Positions 1 to 11,278 of a stretch of 64,000 nt of DNA are shown here, one piece after another. The stretch's first letter is position 1. Each line of letters opens with the position of its first letter. The stretch comes from a virus. The notes below the pieces were generated by a model. The model was not told where the DNA came from and did not search any database. It worked only from the letters and a program-made list of their open reading frames with translations. Position numbers and translations under genes: made by a program. The DNA is taken from IMG/VR virus record IMGVR_UViG_3300025450_000015, positions 89,701-153,700 of that record, one strand, 5' to 3'.

Positions 1-1
1 T

Positions 2-3000
2 TCTGCATCTTATGTAAGTGGCGGAGTTGTAAGTGGCCAAGCTACTGGATTACCAGCAGGCGATGTAGGAAGCACAACCGTAGTTAATCAAATTAACACA
101 AGTGTTAGTTTAATTAATGATATGATTTATAACGGTCTTCCAAAGACTCCTGCAATCACTATCCCACAATTAACTGGATACAATACAAGTTATCTAGTAG
201 GATTTGGATACGGTATAACACAGATTCAAAATAACTATTTGTTTATCAAAGCAGAAATTGCCGCATATCTAAATACATATTATAGTAGCGTGTGGACAAC
301 ATTTGGCGGTACAAACCAAACAGAAACATTACGTGATATCGGTTTCGTATTAGATGGCCTACAGTACGATATGACTTATGGTTGTAATAATCAAAGTATT
401 ATTAATGGTAGCTCTTATTACAGTTTACAAATTCCACAAATCTTAGCATCATACAATGCCGCAACTGTTGGAGCACTACAACGTTTACAAGCAATTATCA
501 GTCAGATAGTTACAGGTACAAGTGTAACAGCAACAAGCGGTAACTCTGTAACGCAGTCAACTGGCGGTTCAGCAGGTTCAGCCGCAGCCGCAAGTTTTGC
601 CGCAGGCCGCGTTGGTGATGTAATTTACTGGTTACAAAATGCTACAAGTAATGCAACTACATTAACACTAGTCGGTAGTGTGAGTGGTACAACTTTAACT
701 GTTACTTCAGGAACAGGTAATGGAATTTATATTGGTTCTATGTTAACTGGTACAGGTGTTGTGGCAGGTACATATATTGTTAATCAATTAACAAGTTCTG
801 CAAGTGCAACAGCGGCTACAACATTAGCCAGCGGAGGATCAGCTGGTACTAATACATTTGTGGTTTCAAGTGCAACAGGTATTGCGGCAGGACAATTAAT
901 TACAGGTACTAACCTTCCAGCTGGATCTTATGTTAGCTCATCATATATTAGCGGAACAAGTATTACCGTAGTTAATGCGTTTGGTGCTCCACAAAACTTT
1001 ACGTCAACTGGCGGTACAGGTGCATACTTATTCTATCCAGCTAACGGTGCAGGTACTTATACGTTGAGTACTAGTGGCAATACTGGTACAACATTTACAG
1101 CATTGTCAACATTCACACCAGTAACAAGCGGTGCGTATGCCTTAGTAACCAATCAATACTTACAAACAGCATATAATAATTTAATTGCAAGACAAACCGA
1201 AATTGCAAGCGATGCTCAAGTTTGGGTTCAAAAATATTATCAAGCATATCCAATCAGTCAATCATTAACTCAACGCGATGCTGGTTATATTGCATTGGCA
1301 TTAGCTTGGGATGTTTTATTTGGTACTAACTTTAATAGTATTGCATGCGGTCGTGCATTTAATCGTTTAAACGCAAGTGCGTTGGCATTAGTGGCAAATA
1401 CAAACCAAGAATTGAATGCAACAACCGGTGCAATAACATTTATTGGATTTAAAGCAAAACAAATTGCAAGTGCAGGTTCGACAGTTCAAGCACAAACATT
1501 GATTGATGATATCGTAACTAAGATCAATGGACAAGTAGCGTTTAATACTGTTGGTTCAGCAATTCTTGCAGGTACACAGACTATTGCCTATGGTACAGCA
1601 GACGTAATTACTGTAACAACATCGGGCGGTACAGCTACATTCTCAGTATCGTTGACTCCAGCAACTACTGGACAAACTATCACATACATTACTGCTGGTG
1701 GTTTAGCAACATTTAGTAGTGCTCAAACATTAGTTAAAGGTACATCTGTTACTCTTGCGGCAGCCGCAGGCGGTATGTCAGCAGGCACATATTATGTAAC
1801 AACTGGTGTAAACAACAGTTTTACTGTAAGTTTATCTAGCAGTTATGCAAATGCAGTGGCGGGAACACCTGGTTCATTTACAGGTGGTACAGTTACTGGA
1901 GCAGTTGGCGTAGTAACTATTGGTACATACTATAATACTATCGCATCTGTAACAGTAACATCTGGTGGTAACTGGAACAACACAAGTTTATACAGTGCCG
2001 CACAAGCAACAACAACTACAAGTTCAGGACAAGGTTTAACATTGTCATTAGGATTTGTATCAAGTAGTTATTCAACTACAGTAGCTGGTGTACAAACATC
2101 TAGCAATATTGTAACACTTGGAAGTACAGCAGGTATGCCAACTAACATGCCAATTACATTCTCAGGTTTACCAGCTTTAGGTTCTGTAACAGCAACAGCT
2201 ACTACAACAACCAGCAATTTAATTACAGTTGCAACTACAACAGGCTTATCAGTTGGACAGCAAGTGTACTTCACAGGTACAGTATTTGGTAATATTGTTC
2301 CAAGCCAGTTATACTATATTGCAAGTATCCCAACACCTGGAACTAACGGTACAATTACTGTTAGTTTAACATTTGGTGGCGGTAATGTGGCATTGATATC
2401 AGCAACTGGTACAATGACAATGGCATTCAATAACGCAGGCGGACTATGGAATAATACTACATACTGGATTAATTCATTGCAATCTGCCGCAACATTAAGC
2501 ACATTGGCAATTACTAGTACAACAGGTGTATTCAGTTGTGCAACAAGTTCAGTAACATTAACAGTAGGACAGCCAGTTGTTATTACTGGTACGTTCTCAG
2601 CTGGTAGTATCACTGGTTATACTAGTGGTGCAACATATTATATTATTGGTAATCCAACATCAACAGCTTTCCAATTGTCAGCAACATTAGGCGGAAGTGC
2701 TGTAACATCAACAACATCAGGTGGAACAATTACTGGTATTACTGTAACAGTTCCTGCCGCAACATTAACATTGACCAACAGCTTTAAGAGTGGTACAGCA
2801 TACACAATTACTAATACAGTAACTGGTATGTCAGCTACAACCACTGCTGGAGCAACAGTGACATGGCCATATTTAAATAATCCAATGATTAATGGTTCAT
2901 TAACTTACAATGATAACGTTCTAACAATTCAAGGCACAGAAATTCTTCGTGCTAACATTCCATTCCTGGCCGCAGAAGCATCTGCTTATACAGTAGCAAG

Positions 3001-6000
3001 TTACGGCGGTACAGTATCCAGTATAACATCTGGTAGTGTTGTTAATACAAGTGGCGCACATAATTTATTAGTAAATGACCCAGTAGTGTTTACTGGTACT
3101 GTTGGTTCAAGCAATATTGTTGCTGGTACTACTTATTATGTTTTAACTGTGCCAAGCTCAACAACATTTACTATCAGTGCAACTCAATATGGCACAGGTA
3201 CACAAACAACATTTACATTAGCAACAGGTTCGTTAGGAAGTTTAACTGTAGGCTACTACTATAACTATGCTAAGTGTGTACGCGATACAACAAACTTTAT
3301 CAATGCGTTGATTTATGATATTAATTATACAGGTAACTGGAAATCAATGCGTGCCGCAGAACTTTATGTTAACGCGGTGGCAGGATCTACAACACAAAAC
3401 TTCTATCTAGTAAGAAATGCATGTGGTATTCGTAATCAAACTATGAACGGATTGACTGGTGTTTTAAGTACAGCAAATGCTTATGGAACACGTCGACCAA
3501 CAGCAGGTGCGTATGCAAGTTTAGATCCAGGCTTTGGACCAAACGATCAAAATGCATGGGTCTATGCACGTTCAACATTCGTACAAAATTGTACAATGTT
3601 CGGTTACGCTTGCGTTGGCGCCAAAGTTGACGGTGCATTGCATGCCGGTGGATACAAATCAATGGTTGCAAACGACTATACTTGTGTTATCGGCGATGGT
3701 ATCGGTTGGTGGACAACTGGAACAGGTTCATTATCAGAACTTGTTTCAGTGTTTAACTACTACAGCTACGCTGGATACATGAGTGAATTAGGAGGACGCA
3801 TTCGTGCTACTAACGGTAACAGTTCATATGGTACATACGGTGTAGTTGCCGAAGGTGTTGACACATTTGAAACTCCAATTTACGGTACTGTAAATAACAG
3901 AAGTTACGGACCTCAAGTTACTAACGTGGTTACAGATAGTACAACACAAATTTTACGTTTAGAATACGAAAATGCAGGTACAAACTACACCAATGCTATA
4001 CCAACAATTAGTGGATCAGGTTATAACATTCTTTCTTTTGCAGATGAGTTCCGTGATGCTGGTGTATTTGAATCACGTTTAATTGACTTAAACAATGGTT
4101 TAGGTGTTGGCGGTTCAAGTTATGTAAGTTCTGTTAACGTAGGCCAAGGCGGTGCAGTAGGTTATATTACTATTGCGGCAGCCGACGTAGCATTGACTGG
4201 TTCATATAACGGAATGAAAGTACAAATTACTGCTGGTACAGGTGTTGGACAATATGCGTCAATACTAACTTATACTAACGGTAGTAAAATTGCACAAATT
4301 ATTCGTACAACATTTGCAACCTTAACTGTTACCAGTTCAAGTACTACTGCATTAACTGTGGCAAGTACTGCAACATTATATGTTGGTATGCCAATTTACT
4401 TGAGTACAACCGCTACTAATATGAATTTGACTGCATATCAAGTTTATTATGTACAGGCTATTTCAAGTACAACTCAGTTTACACTAGCATTAACATCAGG
4501 CGGTTCTGCAATTACTGGTTTAACAGCAACTAGTGGACAAACAGTCAGCTTATATGCCGCTGGTTGGGATCATGTTGTACCAGGTACTCCTATAGTTAAC
4601 ACATTAGATTTAACTACAGCATATATTATTGAACCTTATGTTTCATTCACAGGTCCAGGTTATGCCGCAACAGCAAGAACATTACCAGCTACAGCAATCT
4701 GGTCAAGTATTACATACGGTGCTGGAAATTATGTAGCAATTGCCAATGGTAGTACATCGACTGCAATTAGCACTAACGGTAAAACATGGACTCCAGGTGG
4801 TGCATTAACAGCTTCTGCATTTACAAACGTTGTTTACGGTGGAGGTCAAAGTGCTGCCGCAACAGTAACACTAGGTGGATTTGGCGGATCTGGTGCTCAG
4901 TTGACAGCAGTGATTGGTACTGGAACAAGTTTAGGACAAGTAGTTGGAGTCAACGTAATTAACGGCGGTTACAACTATAATACTGCTCCATCATTATTGT
5001 TTACAGGTGGTGGCGGTACCGGTGCCCAAGGAACAGCAGTTGTTCTTAACGGAGTAATTCAATCAGTTATTATTACAGTTAATGGTTCTGGATATACTTC
5101 AGCACCGACTGTAACAGTTGTAACTAGTGCTATTACTGCGATTACTCCTATCACTTGGGGTAAAAATTATTTCAATAGCGGAAACGTTAGCGTAACAATC
5201 AGTGCTCCATTTAGTGGAACTGTTTGGAGTGGAAGTTCGAGTGCAACAAGTGGCTCATACTATTACTATTATAGTGGTGCAACTCAAGCTACAAACTATT
5301 ACCTAGCAACATCGAGCGGAACATTTTCATCAACTGCTCCAACGTTTACAACAGGTACAGGATCTGCAGGAACATATGGTGTGTCATTGACATTCGTAGG
5401 TACTGCCGCAACTGCAACTCCAACATTGACAGATTACGGTGTCAGCAGTTACACAATTACTAACATTGGTTACGGTTATACTGCAACTCCTACTATTACA
5501 ATATTAGATACTAGTGCTAAATTTGTTGCAATTTCTACAACAACTACAGCAACAGCTTATAGTACAGTAGCTAATTTAGGATCATCTTGGACTTCTGGTA
5601 ACGCACTTCCATCCGCTGGATTTAACAGTTTAACTTATGGTAACGGAATTTATGTTGCAGTTGGTTACACTGGAACAACATCTAATGCCAGTGCTATTAT
5701 TACATCTAGTCCAGACGGTGTTACATGGACTGGCAGAACAGCTCCAAGCGGTGCAACACAAGCGTTTACATCTGTGGCATTTGGCTGGACTGGACCAGGA
5801 TCTAGTGCAACAACTACAGGTATGTTTGTAGCTATCGCAACTAACAGTACATCAACAGCTTACAGTACTAACGGTTTAACATGGACTACTGGTGGTGCAT
5901 TACCGTCAGTTGCTAACTGGTCTAGCGTAACTTATGGTAACGGACGTTTTGTTGCAGTAGCCGCAGGTAGCAATATTGTTGCATACAGCAACAACGGTGG

Positions 6001-9000
6001 TGTAACTTGGTACTCAAGTGTAGCAAATAACGGTACATACTTACCATTAGCACAAAACTGGGGAATCTCATACGGAGAAGGACAGTTCTTTGCAACAGCA
6101 ACAGGACCAACTCCTACAATGACAGCTACTACTTCAAGTGGTAACTTGATTACATTAAGCAGTACAGCCGGTTTGAACGTAGGAAATACTATTGTTCCAA
6201 CAGCAGTGACTGAAACTACAGTGGCTAGTCAGACAATTAATGCAACAGCAATTGGATTGTCAACATCGTTTATTTCTAACGGTATTGCAGGCAACGCAGG
6301 TACAACATTAACTGCACCAGTTGGTTTAGGTCCGTTTGCACTAGGTATGTATTTGACTGGTTCAAATGTGACATCAGGAACTTACATTACTGGTAGCAAT
6401 ACATTTAATTCAACATCGTCAACGATTGCAGGATCTATATTGACCATTGGCGGTACAGTTACTGGTACTGGTACAACCAGTGCTTATAGTGTACAACCTG
6501 GAATGGCATTAACTGGCGCACAATTTAACACTACAAGTTCATACATTTGGAACACGTACTATCCAAGTGGTGTACAAACTGGTGTATTTGTACCAGCAGG
6601 TACAACTACTGGTGTAATTACAACAGGTAGTCAGTTGAGCGGTACAAATATAACTACTGGTGCTACTTATATTGTTTCAAATCCAACTACTTCAGGTAGC
6701 ACAATTACTGGAACAGCATCTCCAAGCACAGTAGTTACATTCAACGGTAGTGTTTCTATAGTTAACGGACAAGGTATTTTAACTGTGTCTTCAACACCAA
6801 GCGGTGTTGGTATTCAACCAGGTTATATTCTAAGTGGTACAGGTGTTACAGCTGGCACAACTATTGTTGCACCATACGGTTCATCAACAACTCCAACTAG
6901 CTCAACCGGTCAGTGGATTGTCAGCGTAGCAACAGTAGTTAGTTCAACTGCATTGACAGGCACACCATATGTACTTACAACAACTGGTACTATCAACAAT
7001 AATACATTAATACCAGGTATGGTATTGGCTAGTACAGGCGGTACTGGTACAATTACCGCTGGTACATATATTACTGGACAAATCAGTACTACAAGTAGTG
7101 CGGTAGGTACAGGTACAGGAGTAAGCGGAACAATTGGTACTACTACACTAGTAATATCTGGTTCATCGACTGGATTCGCTGTAGGACAATTAATTACTGG
7201 CGGTAGTTTGTTCTATAACACTTATGTAGTTGCTGTTTCAGTTGCAACCAACACAACAATTACATTAAGTCAGCCATTATATGCAACAATCGGTGGCGGA
7301 ACATACAACGGTTATATTCCTGGTACTGCTGGACAATACTTTATTAGCACTACTAGTTTAGTAACCAGTGTTACTGTAACCGGTAATGCATGGGTAGCTA
7401 ACACTGGCTCATTAGTTCCATCTACAACAATAACAGGCGGATTGACTGCTTATATTGCATATCAAAATACAAGCTCTGCAAGTGCAGTAGCAAGTCCAAG
7501 TTGGGCATCTGGTGGTACTATTGGTGCAAGTTCTTTTGTTGTTAATACTGGAACAGGTATCGTAGCAGGCCAATTAATTATTGGTACAGGCATCCCATCA
7601 GGAACAGTAGTAGCAAGTTCATATGTTCCTGGTAGTACAACAGTTCCATTAGCCGTGGGAGTCGCAGGAGGCGCGGCGGCAACTATTGCTGGGTCAAATG
7701 CTACTGGTACTTATAACTTCTATACAGCAGGCGGAACTGGTACATACACATTGAATACTAGTGCATTAACTATTTCAAGTGCTCAGACAATTGGCGGACA
7801 AAGCTGGACAATTACTCCAAGTCAAACAGCGGCAGCTGGTGCAATCACTGGTACACAAAATACAATTACAGTTGGAAACACAGCCGGTATGTCAGTGGGC
7901 GAACCAATAGTGTTTACGAGTAATATTGTTAGCACAACATTGACTACAACAGCCGCTACTGGTAACTTGTTAACAGTTGGTACAACTGTTGGTATGGCGG
8001 TAGGTGCTCCAGTCGTGTTTACAGCAGTGACCCAAACTGGTAATATTACTTCTACATCTAGTACTGGTAACACAATTACATTGAACTCAACTACTGGTTT
8101 AGTACAAGGTGAAACTATTGTGTTCACAGCAGTTAGTCAAACAACTACATTAACTGCTACAACTAACGGATCATTTACATTATCAAGTTCTAGTATTACT
8201 AACAGTATATTAACTGTTGGTACTTTGAGTGCAGGTACAATCACTCCAGGAGCTGTTATTTCAGGTGGTAGTATTCCTGCTGGAACATATATTATATCAA
8301 ATATATCTGGTAGTGGTAACGGTAGTACTTGGAACGTAAGTACAAGTTCAGGATTTACACAAACTAGTACAAGTATTACAGGTACATTAAACATTATCAC
8401 TGTTAACTCTAACAGCGGTATGTTAATTGGTGAAACATTTACAGTTGCTACTAACGTAGGTAACTTGATTTCAGGTAACACATATTATATTACTAAAACT
8501 ATTAGTACTAACCAGCTTGCTGTAGGTACTGTGTATGGTGCCACAAGTGATTTGACTTTAGTAACAACTACTGGTCAAAGTGTTAGCGTAACAGCTGGTG
8601 CGACATTAGGCGGCGGTAATTTAACAGCTAGTACTACATTCTATATCACTAGTGTAGCAGGCAGTAATATTACAATTAGTACAGTATACAATGGTTCATC
8701 GGTAACTATTGCTAACGGTACAGGTGTATGGACATTTGTAGCAGGTGCCGCTTTTGGTAGTATTACAAGCGGTACAACATACTACGTTACAAGCATTCCA
8801 ACTCCGGGTGTAAACGGTACAATCACTGTAAGTACAACTTATGGCGGTTCTAACTTAACTGTAACAAACGGAAATGGATCATGGTCAGTAACTGAAGGTG
8901 CAACATTTGGTGGATTAACATCCGGCTCGACATATTTCATTACTGAAATTGTTGGAAGTACACTAATATCAGTAAGTACAATTTATGGTGGAACCAATGC

Positions 9001-10897
9001 GGTAGTTACTAACGCTGGCGGATCTTGGACTGCACAAGCAGGTTCATTATTTGGTAACTTGATTTCAGGTAATACATACTATATTGCTAGTATTGCAGGC
9101 AATCAGATTACTGTAAGTGCAAGTAGTACTTTATCTCCAGTAATTACATTAGTTAATGACACAGGTGCATGGACAAGTACAATTGGTACAAACATCGCGG
9201 CAACAAGTTGGGACGGTATCAACTGGACACAGCAAACATTGCCAACATACGCAAGTTGGATCACTCCATCATTTGGTAATCCATTAGTTACAACAACTGG
9301 TTACACACCACTATGGGTAACCGCAAGTAACCAATCTGGTACAGTAGCGGCAAGTATTCATACCGGTGCAACACCGTTGGCACGTACAAAAGTAGCTAGT
9401 GGTGCTTTAACTGAAATACGTATGATTGAACCAGGCAGTGGATTTGCTAAAGGTGTTGTTACTGGAACTACGTATGTTGCTGGTACAACAGTTACCGTAA
9501 CAGCCGTATCTGGAAATTCAATTACAATCGGTGCAACCAATTTAACAATTGGCCAACCAATTACATTTGCTACTGGGTTTGGTAACGTAGTTGCAAACAC
9601 AACTTATTATGTACAAGTAACAAGTTCAGGTACAACACTAACTATCAGTTCAACTTATTATGGTAGTCCATTTAATGCAGGTACTGCAAGTAGCATATCA
9701 GTAGCTGGTACAGTTGGACCATTGAATTTAATTACTGTAGATCAAACAGAAAACATGTATAATCTACAACCAATTGAATTCAATACTGTAAGCTCTGGCG
9801 GATTAAGCACACAAACAACTTACTATGTAATTGGATCAACAATTCAATCTACTACATTCCAAGTTGCAACTTCATCTGCATTGGCAACAATTGGTACTAG
9901 TGTTACATTAACAACAAGTACTCCAACTGGTATGCAATATACAACAGGACCAACATTAACTATTACCGATCCTAACCAAGTTAACAAAGCACCAACTCGT
10001 GTACGTACAGGTGATGGTGTGTTAGGTAACCCAAGTTTCCCATGTCGTGGTGCTGGAAATGCAACAGCAACAGCAAGTATTACTGGCGATGGATATGCTG
10101 ATATCTACCAGAATACAGCATTTATTAACGTTGCTAATTTATATGCATTACCTGCCGCAGGTGCTAACGTACAGTTCAGCAGTATTTCTAACGCATGGTA
10201 CAAACTAGTTGCTACAAGTAATCAATTAGGACAAGCAGGTAACTATACTGCTACATTCCAAGTAAGTCCAAGTCTAACAACTTATCTTGCTCCACCGAAC
10301 GGTGCATTGATTACTACAAGATTGAAATACAGTCAAACACGTTTAACTGGACATGACTTCTTGTATGTTGGCTCAGGTAACCAAACACAAACTAACTATC
10401 CAAACGTTACTGATGCAAATGCAATTCAGGCTAACCAAACATATCCAAATATTGGTGGTCGCGTATTCTTTACATCAACTGACCAAGACGGTAACTTTAA
10501 CGTTGGTAACTTGTTTGGAGTTCAACAAGCGACTGGTACAGCTACATTGAATGCCAACGCATTTAACTTAGCTGGATTACAGAGTTTGACACTAGGTTCA
10601 GTAAGTTTAGGTGTAAATAGTGCAACGATTACGCAATTTAGTACAGATCCGTACTTTACTGCTAATAGTGACAATATTTTACCAACACAAAAAGCTATTA
10701 AATCTTACATCACAGCCCAAATTGGTGGCGGATCAAGTAGTTTGAACGTAAATACACTAACGGCAGGACAGATATACATAGCTGGTAATACTATTAGTAA
10801 CCTAAATGGTAATCAAATTTATGTTAGCAGTAAGATGCTGTTCACAGGCGGAATTGACGGTGCTCCTGTAGCTACCGTATTCTTCTTATCAAGATAA
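2..10897 (+). CDS. Giant virion structural / tail fibre protein (5'-truncated, >3600 aa)
   Basis: The frame of ORF 122..10897 stays open back to position 2, so the gene starts upstream of the window. It is Thr/Gly/Ser-rich with repeated 'G..I.F...FGNL..G.TYY(I/V)' modules and propeller-like 'WSSVTYGNGRFVAVA / S.DG.TWT' repeats. The C-terminal GHDFL...GGRVFFTSTDQDGNF region resembles large structural proteins of aquatic T4-like phages. Confidence 0.8.
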   Translation, partial: SASYVSGGVVSGQATGLPAGDVGSTTVVNQINTSVSLINDMIYNGLPKTPAITIPQLTGYNTSYLVGFGYGITQIQNNYLFIKAEIAAYLNTYYSSVWTTFGGTNQTETLRDIGFVLDGLQYDMTYGCNNQSIINGSSYYSLQIPQILASYNAATVGALQRLQAIISQIVTGTSVTATSGNSVTQSTGGSAGSAAAASFAAGRVGDVIYWLQNATSNATTLTLVGSVSGTTLTVTSGTGNGIYIGSMLTGTGVVAGTYIVNQLTSSASATAATTLASGGSAGTNTFVVSSATGIAAGQLITGTNLPAGSYVSSSYISGTSITVVNAFGAPQNFTSTGGTGAYLFYPANGAGTYTLSTSGNTGTTFTALSTFTPVTSGAYALVTNQYLQTAYNNLIARQTEIASDAQVWVQKYYQAYPISQSLTQRDAGYIALALAWDVLFGTNFNSIACGRAFNRLNASALALVANTNQELNATTGAITFIGFKAKQIASAGSTVQAQTLIDDIVTKINGQVAFNTVGSAILAGTQTIAYGTADVITVTTSGGTATFSVSLTPATTGQTITYITAGGLATFSSAQTLVKGTSVTLAAAAGGMSAGTYYVTTGVNNSFTVSLSSSYANAVAGTPGSFTGGTVTGAVGVVTIGTYYNTIASVTVTSGGNWNNTSLYSAAQATTTTSSGQGLTLSLGFVSSSYSTTVAGVQTSSNIVTLGSTAGMPTNMPITFSGLPALGSVTATATTTTSNLITVATTTGLSVGQQVYFTGTVFGNIVPSQLYYIASIPTPGTNGTITVSLTFGGGNVALISATGTMTMAFNNAGGLWNNTTYWINSLQSAATLSTLAITSTTGVFSCATSSVTLTVGQPVVITGTFSAGSITGYTSGATYYIIGNPTSTAFQLSATLGGSAVTSTTSGGTITGITVTVPAATLTLTNSFKSGTAYTITNTVTGMSATTTAGATVTWPYLNNPMINGSLTYNDNVLTIQGTEILRANIPFLAAEASAYTVASYGGTVSSITSGSVVNTSGAHNLLVNDPVVFTGTVGSSNIVAGTTYYVLTVPSSTTFTISATQYGTGTQTTFTLATGSLGSLTVGYYYNYAKCVRDTTNFINALIYDINYTGNWKSMRAAELYVNAVAGSTTQNFYLVRNACGIRNQTMNGLTGVLSTANAYGTRRPTAGAYASLDPGFGPNDQNAWVYARSTFVQNCTMFGYACVGAKVDGALHAGGYKSMVANDYTCVIGDGIGWWTTGTGSLSELVSVFNYYSYAGYMSELGGRIRATNGNSSYGTYGVVAEGVDTFETPIYGTVNNRSYGPQVTNVVTDSTTQILRLEYENAGTNYTNAIPTISGSGYNILSFADEFRDAGVFESRLIDLNNGLGVGGSSYVSSVNVGQGGAVGYITIAAADVALTGSYNGMKVQITAGTGVGQYASILTYTNGSKIAQIIRTTFATLTVTSSSTTALTVASTATLYVGMPIYLSTTATNMNLTAYQVYYVQAISSTTQFTLALTSGGSAITGLTATSGQTVSLYAAGWDHVVPGTPIVNTLDLTTAYIIEPYVSFTGPGYAATARTLPATAIWSSITYGAGNYVAIANGSTSTAISTNGKTWTPGGALTASAFTNVVYGGGQSAAATVTLGGFGGSGAQLTAVIGTGTSLGQVVGVNVINGGYNYNTAPSLLFTGGGGTGAQGTAVVLNGVIQSVIITVNGSGYTSAPTVTVVTSAITAITPITWGKNYFNSGNVSVTISAPFSGTVWSGSSSATSGSYYYYYSGATQATNYYLATSSGTFSSTAPTFTTGTGSAGTYGVSLTFVGTAATATPTLTDYGVSSYTITNIGYGYTATPTITILDTSAKFVAISTTTTATAYSTVANLGSSWTSGNALPSAGFNSLTYGNGIYVAVGYTGTTSNASAIITSSPDGVTWTGRTAPSGATQAFTSVAFGWTGPGSSATTTGMFVAIATNSTSTAYSTNGLTWTTGGALPSVANWSSVTYGNGRFVAVAAGSNIVAYSNNGGVTWYSSVANNGTYLPLAQNWGISYGEGQFFATATGPTPTMTATTSSGNLITLSSTAGLNVGNTIVPTAVTETTVASQTINATAIGLSTSFISNGIAGNAGTTLTAPVGLGPFALGMYLTGSNVTSGTYITGSNTFNSTSSTIAGSILTIGGTVTGTGTTSAYSVQPGMALTGAQFNTTSSYIWNTYYPSGVQTGVFVPAGTTTGVITTGSQLSGTNITTGATYIVSNPTTSGSTITGTASPSTVVTFNGSVSIVNGQGILTVSSTPSGVGIQPGYILSGTGVTAGTTIVAPYGSSTTPTSSTGQWIVSVATVVSSTALTGTPYVLTTTGTINNNTLIPGMVLASTGGTGTITAGTYITGQISTTSSAVGTGTGVSGTIGTTTLVISGSSTGFAVGQLITGGSLFYNTYVVAVSVATNTTITLSQPLYATIGGGTYNGYIPGTAGQYFISTTSLVTSVTVTGNAWVANTGSLVPSTTITGGLTAYIAYQNTSSASAVASPSWASGGTIGASSFVVNTGTGIVAGQLIIGTGIPSGTVVASSYVPGSTTVPLAVGVAGGAAATIAGSNATGTYNFYTAGGTGTYTLNTSALTISSAQTIGGQSWTITPSQTAAAGAITGTQNTITVGNTAGMSVGEPIVFTSNIVSTTLTTTAATGNLLTVGTTVGMAVGAPVVFTAVTQTGNITSTSSTGNTITLNSTTGLVQGETIVFTAVSQTTTLTATTNGSFTLSSSSITNSILTVGTLSAGTITPGAVISGGSIPAGTYIISNISGSGNGSTWNVSTSSGFTQTSTSITGTLNIITVNSNSGMLIGETFTVATNVGNLISGNTYYITKTISTNQLAVGTVYGATSDLTLVTTTGQSVSVTAGATLGGGNLTASTTFYITSVAGSNITISTVYNGSSVTIANGTGVWTFVAGAAFGSITSGTTYYVTSIPTPGVNGTITVSTTYGGSNLTVTNGNGSWSVTEGATFGGLTSGSTYFITEIVGSTLISVSTIYGGTNAVVTNAGGSWTAQAGSLFGNLISGNTYYIASIAGNQITVSASSTLSPVITLVNDTGAWTSTIGTNIAATSWDGINWTQQTLPTYASWITPSFGNPLVTTTGYTPLWVTASNQSGTVAASIHTGATPLARTKVASGALTEIRMIEPGSGFAKGVVTGTTYVAGTTVTVTAVSGNSITIGATNLTIGQPITFATGFGNVVANTTYYVQVTSSGTTLTISSTYYGSPFNAGTASSISVAGTVGPLNLITVDQTENMYNLQPIEFNTVSSGGLSTQTTYYVIGSTIQSTTFQVATSSALATIGTSVTLTTSTPTGMQYTTGPTLTITDPNQVNKAPTRVRTGDGVLGNPSFPCRGAGNATATASITGDGYADIYQNTAFINVANLYALPAAGANVQFSSISNAWYKLVATSNQLGQAGNYTATFQVSPSLTTYLAPPNGALITTRLKYSQTRLTGHDFLYVGSGNQTQTNYPNVTDANAIQANQTYPNIGGRVFFTSTDQDGNFNVGNLFGVQQATGTATLNANAFNLAGLQSLTLGSVSLGVNSATITQFSTDPYFTANSDNILPTQKAIKSYITAQIGGGSSSLNVNTLTAGQIYIAGNTISNLNGNQIYVSSKMLFTGGIDGAPVATVFFLSR

Positions 10898-10917
10898 AAT
10901 AAAAACGGAGAAATAAC

Positions 10918-11256
10918 ATGGCAGGATCAGGAAATAAAGCAACGACACAATTGAACGCAGGTACACAGTCTACTTATTCGTTAATCTATACAGTACCAAC
11001 CGGTTACTACGGTGTTTATAACATTTCATTTACAAACACTACAGCTTCTGCGGCAACTATTAGATTATATATAGGTGCAAGTACTGCGGCATCTCAGGTT
11101 GCCAGTGAAGCATATGAATACTTAACAACAGTAGTTGGTTATGGTGTGTTTGAACGTACAGGAATTGTAATGGCAGCTGGTGCAAACATTGTTGCTAGCT
11201 CAAGCGTTGCTGGTGTAAACGTTAACGTTTACGGAATTGAAACATCGACATCATAA
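10918..11256 (+). CDS. Small virion/tail-associated protein
   Basis: 112-aa beta-rich ORF with a GGAG RBS and an 'IYTVP' motif, lying between two fibre genes. Confidence 0.6.
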   Translation: MAGSGNKATTQLNAGTQSTYSLIYTVPTGYYGVYNISFTNTTASAATIRLYIGASTAASQVASEAYEYLTTVVGYGVFERTGIVMAAGANIVASSSVAGVNVNVYGIETSTS

Positions 11257-11278
11257 TTAGTATAAGAGAGAATAAAAC

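Noticed and set aside
2068-9600. Many Val/Pro-rich minus-strand ORFs and short alternate-frame ORFs inside the large structural genes (also at 52201-60460)
   Set aside because: They are shadow ORFs produced by Thr/Gly codon bias on the coding strand, with no RBS or recognisable motifs.
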